64,000 bases of DNA, taken from NCBI GenBank assembly GCA_963811165.1, contig CAWEQH010000004.1, positions 192,001 to 256,000 of the forward strand, written 5' to 3'. The translations under genes and the position numbers were made by a program. Below the pieces are notes generated by a model. The model was given only the letters and a program-made list of their open reading frames with translations. It was not told where the DNA came from and did no database searches. This stretch comes from an uncultured Nitrospiraceae bacterium. Its GTDB lineage: Bacteria; Nitrospirota; Thermodesulfovibrionia; Thermodesulfovibrionales; UBA6898. Shown piece after piece: positions 60,272-64,000 of this stretch. Positions within the stretch are counted from its first letter, which is position 1. Each line of letters begins with the position of its first letter.

Positions 60272-60324
60272 CGTATTACTCTCCTTTCTCTTCGAACGTT
60301 TTATTTATTACACACTAGTTTAAA

Positions 60325-60340
60325 AGCATACGTTGTGCCA
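60325..60340 (-). promoter_or_regulatory. Sigma54 -24/-12 promoter (copy C)
   Basis: TGGCACAACGTATGCT, GG-N10-GC. Confidence 0.8.
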
Positions 60341-60440
60341 AGACCTGTGTTGAGAGAAAGGGTTCTCTAGGACTTTGAAATCATTGGAACTTCAGCGACG
60401 GCTACGATAAGGGGAATGATACTTTGAAAGGTGCTGCCTT

Positions 60441-60471
60441 CTGGTATATCAGGAGACTCCTGATATATCAG
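60441..60471. promoter_or_regulatory. Double palindromic putative upstream activator sequence (copy C), overlapping the activator stop codon
   Basis: CTGGTATATCAG-GAGACTC-CTGATATATCAG (one mismatch). Confidence 0.72.
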
Positions 60472-62099
60472 GTATTCTTCTTTTCTCTTTGGATGCCCAG
60501 TTTTTGCATTCTCGATCCAAGCGTCTTTGGATTGATGCCTAAAACCTCTGCTGCACCGCCCTTGCCGCTTACCCGCCAGCCCGTGGTGTTCAGCGTTTCG
60601 ATAATCTGCTGTTTCTCTGCCTCCTCGAGGGTTCTCAACTGGCCTGTCTTTGATTCCTCAATCTTAGGTACATCCACATGAAGCACCGGTCCGGTGGCTA
60701 TGATCATCGCACGCTCAATAATGTTCCTCAGTTCCCTTATGTTGCCCGGCCAGGGATAGGTTTGCAGGGTTTCAACGCCCTTCTGCGGTATCGATTCGAT
60801 CCGCTTGCCCATCCTCTTGCCGAAGTCCTGAACAAAAGACCATACAAGCGGCAATATGTCCTCCCGACGCTCACGAAGAGGCGGCACGATAATCTGAAAA
60901 ACGTTCAAACGGTAGTAAAGGTCTTCCCGGAATCCGCCCTTGCTGACCAACCCGGCAAGATCGCGGTTCGTCGCTGAAATGATTCTGACGTCGACCTTCA
61001 CGGTCCGGGGGCTGCCCAGGCGCTCAAACTCACCGCTCTCCAGTACCCGAAGCAGCTTGGCCTGGAGCTCAAGCGGCAGGGCGTCTATCTCATCCAGGAA
61101 AATCGTTGAAGCATCCGCAAGCTCAAAACGGCCTATTTGCTTCGATAGCGCACCGGTATAAGCGCCTTTCTCGCGGCCGAAGAGTTCACTTTCGATGAGG
61201 GTCGGAGGCAGGGCGGCACAGTTGACTTTAATCATAAGCCGCCCCTTGCGGGCACTCAGGCCATGGATCGCATGAGCGAGCAGTTCCTTTCCTGTTCCCG
61301 TCTCCCCCTGGATCAAAACCGTCGAGTCTGTCGGCGCCACTTGTTCTATCTGCTTCAAAACGGTCCTGATCGCTTCACTGTTGCCAACAATATCCTTATG
61401 TGAGTGTATCAGATTAATTTCTTCCCGAAGGTAGAGATTCTCCTCACGCAATTTGCTTTTTAGCTCCCTGATTTCGATAAGCGTTCCCCGGAGTGACTCC
61501 TCTGCCTTCTTGCGTTCCTCAATTTCCCTCAGGAGCTGCTGGTTTGCTTCGACTAAATCTTCAGTCCGTTCCTTCACGCGCAGGTCCATCTCATCATATG
61601 CCTTCCGGAGCGCCTCCTCTGCCTGTTTGCGCAGAGTGATGTCGCGGATGTTGCACTGGATAATTTTCTCCTTATCGACGAGGTAGACATTACTGACAAA
61701 TTCGACATCGATGAGATGACCATCTTTTGTTTCAAGCGGCAAATGTTCGTACCGCACATAACCTTTCGTCTGCAATTCTGTAAATCGGAGTTTGGATGCT
61801 GCGATGTCGCTGAAAGGCCCGATTTCCCAAAGTTTCTTCCCCAGAAAATCCTTATGCGAGTAGCCCAGCATCTCTAACAGGAATGGGTTAATGTCGAGGA
61901 TCTGTCCCGTGTCTGCATCGAGAAGAACTATCCCGTCTTGAGCGGTTTCAAAGAGCCTCCGGTAACGGGTTTCCGATCTCTTCAGCGCCTCATCTGCCTT
62001 CCTGCATTTGGCTGCTTCTGCTCCCAAATCCTCAATAGACTGATGCGGTTCTGCCGATTCATTTATCCGTTGCTCTTTTGTTTTGTCTTTATAATTCAT
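60468..62099 (-). CDS. PAS-domain sigma54-dependent transcriptional activator (PAS-coiled coil-AAA-HTH)
   Basis: PAS (YRRLFETAQDGI...RDIT), GETGTGKE, GAYTGA, FLDEI, WPGNIREL, AAEVLGINPKTL.SRM HTH. Confidence 0.93.
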   Translation of the reverse strand: MNYKDKTKEQRINESAEPHQSIEDLGAEAAKCRKADEALKRSETRYRRLFETAQDGIVLLDADTGQILDINPFLLEMLGYSHKDFLGKKLWEIGPFSDIAASKLRFTELQTKGYVRYEHLPLETKDGHLIDVEFVSNVYLVDKEKIIQCNIRDITLRKQAEEALRKAYDEMDLRVKERTEDLVEANQQLLREIEERKKAEESLRGTLIEIRELKSKLREENLYLREEINLIHSHKDIVGNSEAIRTVLKQIEQVAPTDSTVLIQGETGTGKELLAHAIHGLSARKGRLMIKVNCAALPPTLIESELFGREKGAYTGALSKQIGRFELADASTIFLDEIDALPLELQAKLLRVLESGEFERLGSPRTVKVDVRIISATNRDLAGLVSKGGFREDLYYRLNVFQIIVPPLRERREDILPLVWSFVQDFGKRMGKRIESIPQKGVETLQTYPWPGNIRELRNIIERAMIIATGPVLHVDVPKIEESKTGQLRTLEEAEKQQIIETLNTTGWRVSGKGGAAEVLGINPKTLGSRMQKLGIQREKKNT

Positions 62100-62331
62100 A
62101 TATATATTTTGTCAAGAGACTTATCGCCTGTCAATTCTCAGCGGAATGGCTCAATCTAAAACGGGAAGTGCCGCGCTCTTTTCCTATCTCAAATGAAATG
62201 GTACTTCTATATTAGAGGTGATGTCAAATATATATATATATCAAAACCTTCTTGTTAATCTGACCATTTTTGAAAGGTCATGAAGGATGAACATTGTGGA
62301 ACCAATAAAGAAATGGTAAGCTTGTTTAGAG

Positions 62332-63142
62332 ATGGAGTCGACGATAAAAGATAGTACCTTCCTGTCCTTCTTTCATTTTCTCGGCAAAAGGACAATGAAC
62401 ATAATCAACAATCTCGGTGGCATTGCCATCTTCTTGACCCTTGCCTTTCTGAAGATATTCCGGCCTAAACAGCTTCGGGAGATTATTCAGCAGGTCTATT
62501 ACATCGGCGCCAGGTCATCGACTATCGTGCTGCTCGTCGGCCTCTTCACCGGGATGGTCCTTGGCCTGCAACTCTACTATACCCTGGTAAAATTCGGATC
62601 TCAGGGGGTCTTGGGCTCTGTCGTGGCCTTCACGCTCATCAGGGAACTGGGGCCTGTCCTGACCGCTATCATGATAACCGCACGGGCGGGTTCTGCAATG
62701 ACAGCCGAAATCGGCATCCTTCGTATCTCCGAGCAGATCGACGCCCTTTATACAATGCGGATCGACCCTCAGCGGTATCTTATCAGTCCTCGTATCGCAG
62801 CCTCGATCATCAGCTTTCCCACTGCTGACAGCCTTCTTCGATCTGATCGGGATACTCGGAGGATATCTCACCGGCGTGGTCCTCCTCGGGGTAGATAAAG
62901 GCGCCTACTTTTATCGCATCCATTCCTATGTGGAGCTGGTCGACATCAGGGGCGGGTTTATCAAGTCACTCGTCTTTGCCGTGCTCGTCTCGACGATCTG
63001 CTGCTATGAGGGATATTTTACCCACCTCCGTACCGACAGCTACGGCTCAAAGAGCGTCAGCCTCTCGACCACCTCGGCAGTCGTATTATCCTGTGTCATG
63101 ATCCTGATCTCGGACTACGTCGTTACCTCTTTTCTTATGTAA
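62332..63142 (+). CDS. mlaE: MlaE-family ABC permease with +1 frameshift at ~62820
   Basis: IRELGPVLTAIMITARAGSAMTAEIG..RISEQIDAL; removing one C from TTTCCCA restores PLLTAFFDLIGILGG and joins 62876..63142. Confidence 0.82.
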
Positions 63143-63149
63143 GGCCACT

Positions 63150-64000
63150 ATGGAAACGCCATTGATAGAATTCAGAGATGTCACCAAGCGCTTTGACGAA
63201 AAGACCATTCTCGACAAGGCGAATCTCTTGATTTATGAAAACCAGATTACTACGATCATCGGAAAAAGCGGCAGCGGCAAAAGCGTGCTTCTCAAACATA
63301 TCATCGGCCTCCTCTCTCCTGATGAAGGCAGCATACTCTTCAGGGGGAAGCCCGTCCATGACATGAAGAAAAAGGAATGGGAAGGATACAGAAGCAAGAT
63401 CAGCTACATGTTCCAGAATAATGCCCTCTTTGATTCCATGTCGGTTTTTGAAAACATAGCCCTCCCGCTCAGGCAGACAACGCACCTCAGTAAAAAAGGA
63501 GATCGAACAGAAGGTGATGTCACGACTCGAACAGATGGAACTCACCGATGTTGTCAAACAGTACCCGTCAGAACTCTCAGGGGGGATGCAGAAGCGGGTG
63601 GCCCTGGCCCGGTCCCTCGTAACAGACCCGGCCATCGTGCTCTTTGACGAGCCGACGACCGGCCAGGACCCTATCAGGAAAAACATCATCCTGAGCATGA
63701 TCGCCCATTACAGGAAACAGTTCGGATTTACCGCCATTCTTATCAGCCATGATATCCCCGATGTCTTTTTCATCTCTGACCGGATACTTCTCCTTTGGGA
63801 AGGGAAAATAGCTTTTAACGGGACCTATGAGGAGTTGACGAGATTTAAGCATCCCATGATCGACGAATTTCTCAGGAGCATTGAGGGCCTCCGTGACGAG
63901 CTCACCGGGCTTCTCTCAAAGGAGATATTTAGATCCAGGTATGACATGACACTGGGCGGAGGGCATGTCGACACTACAATCACGGCAGTGCTCTTCGGCG
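63150..64000 (+). CDS. mlaF: MlaF-type ABC ATPase with +1 frameshift at ~63495 and a C-terminal extension running off the window
   Basis: GKSGSGKS, FQNNALFDSM; removing one A from an A6 run restores LSGGMQKRVALAR, FDEPTTG, SHD. Confidence 0.8.

Larger units (their letters stand above)
60324..60565 (-). repeat. Regulatory module copy C (attached to the intact activator gene)
   Basis: Includes the last codons and stop of 60468..62099. Confidence 0.9.

Noticed and set aside
53602..60471. Repeated 31-bp palindrome as a CRISPR repeat or IS/MITE end
   Set aside because: Copies are ~3.4 kb apart and embedded in longer homology; no spacers, cas genes, transposase, terminal inverted repeats or target duplications seen
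62332..63647. mlaE and mlaF as true pseudogenes or programmed frameshifts
   Set aside because: Each is repaired by removing one base from a short homopolymer and shows no other decay; most consistent with sequencing error, though reads are needed

Overview
Bacterial chromosomal window, with gene content and order suggestive of Nitrospirota or a deltaproteobacterium-like anaerobe (inference only). (1) 1-15.3 kb, + strand: a complete chemosensory operon (DUF4388/GAF, cheY, cheA, ExeA-like AAA ATPase, cheW, two very long ~64-heptad MCPs, cheW, HEAT-repeat protein, cheR, cheB, coiled-coil/GAF, cheY). The first MCP carries a periplasmic CxxCH heme-c motif and a C-terminal, apparently cytoplasmic, PhnD-like binding domain. 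(2) 15.4-27.2 kb: a sigma54 two-component system, exported proteins, archease-rtcB-mqnA, a ferritin-like gene with a 4-codon uORF, glgP and an ArnT-like transferase. (3) 27.2-62.1 kb, all - strand: a mosaic stress/envelope/carbon-reserve region (mgtA, acetolactate synthase, xfp, ackA, second glgP, two USPs, radical SAM, eRF1-like protein, ftsH, RNB nuclease, BON, Spy/CpxP, OmpA, lmo0937, cupin, AI-2E, NRAMP, CHRD) with several gene scars, headed by a PAS-sigma54 activator. The strongest non-coding signal is a ~200-250 bp module present three times (~53.5, 56.9, 60.3 kb): the 3' end of the activator gene, a double palindrome CTGATATATCAG-GAGACTC-CTGATATATCAG, and a sigma54 -24/-12 promoter at a fixed 117-118 bp spacing. 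This looks like a duplicated enhancer-promoter cassette placing different gene blocks under one activator. (4) 62.3-64 kb: mlaE/mlaF with single-base frameshifts that are probably sequencing errors. No rRNA, tRNA, CRISPR array, integrase or transposase was recognised.
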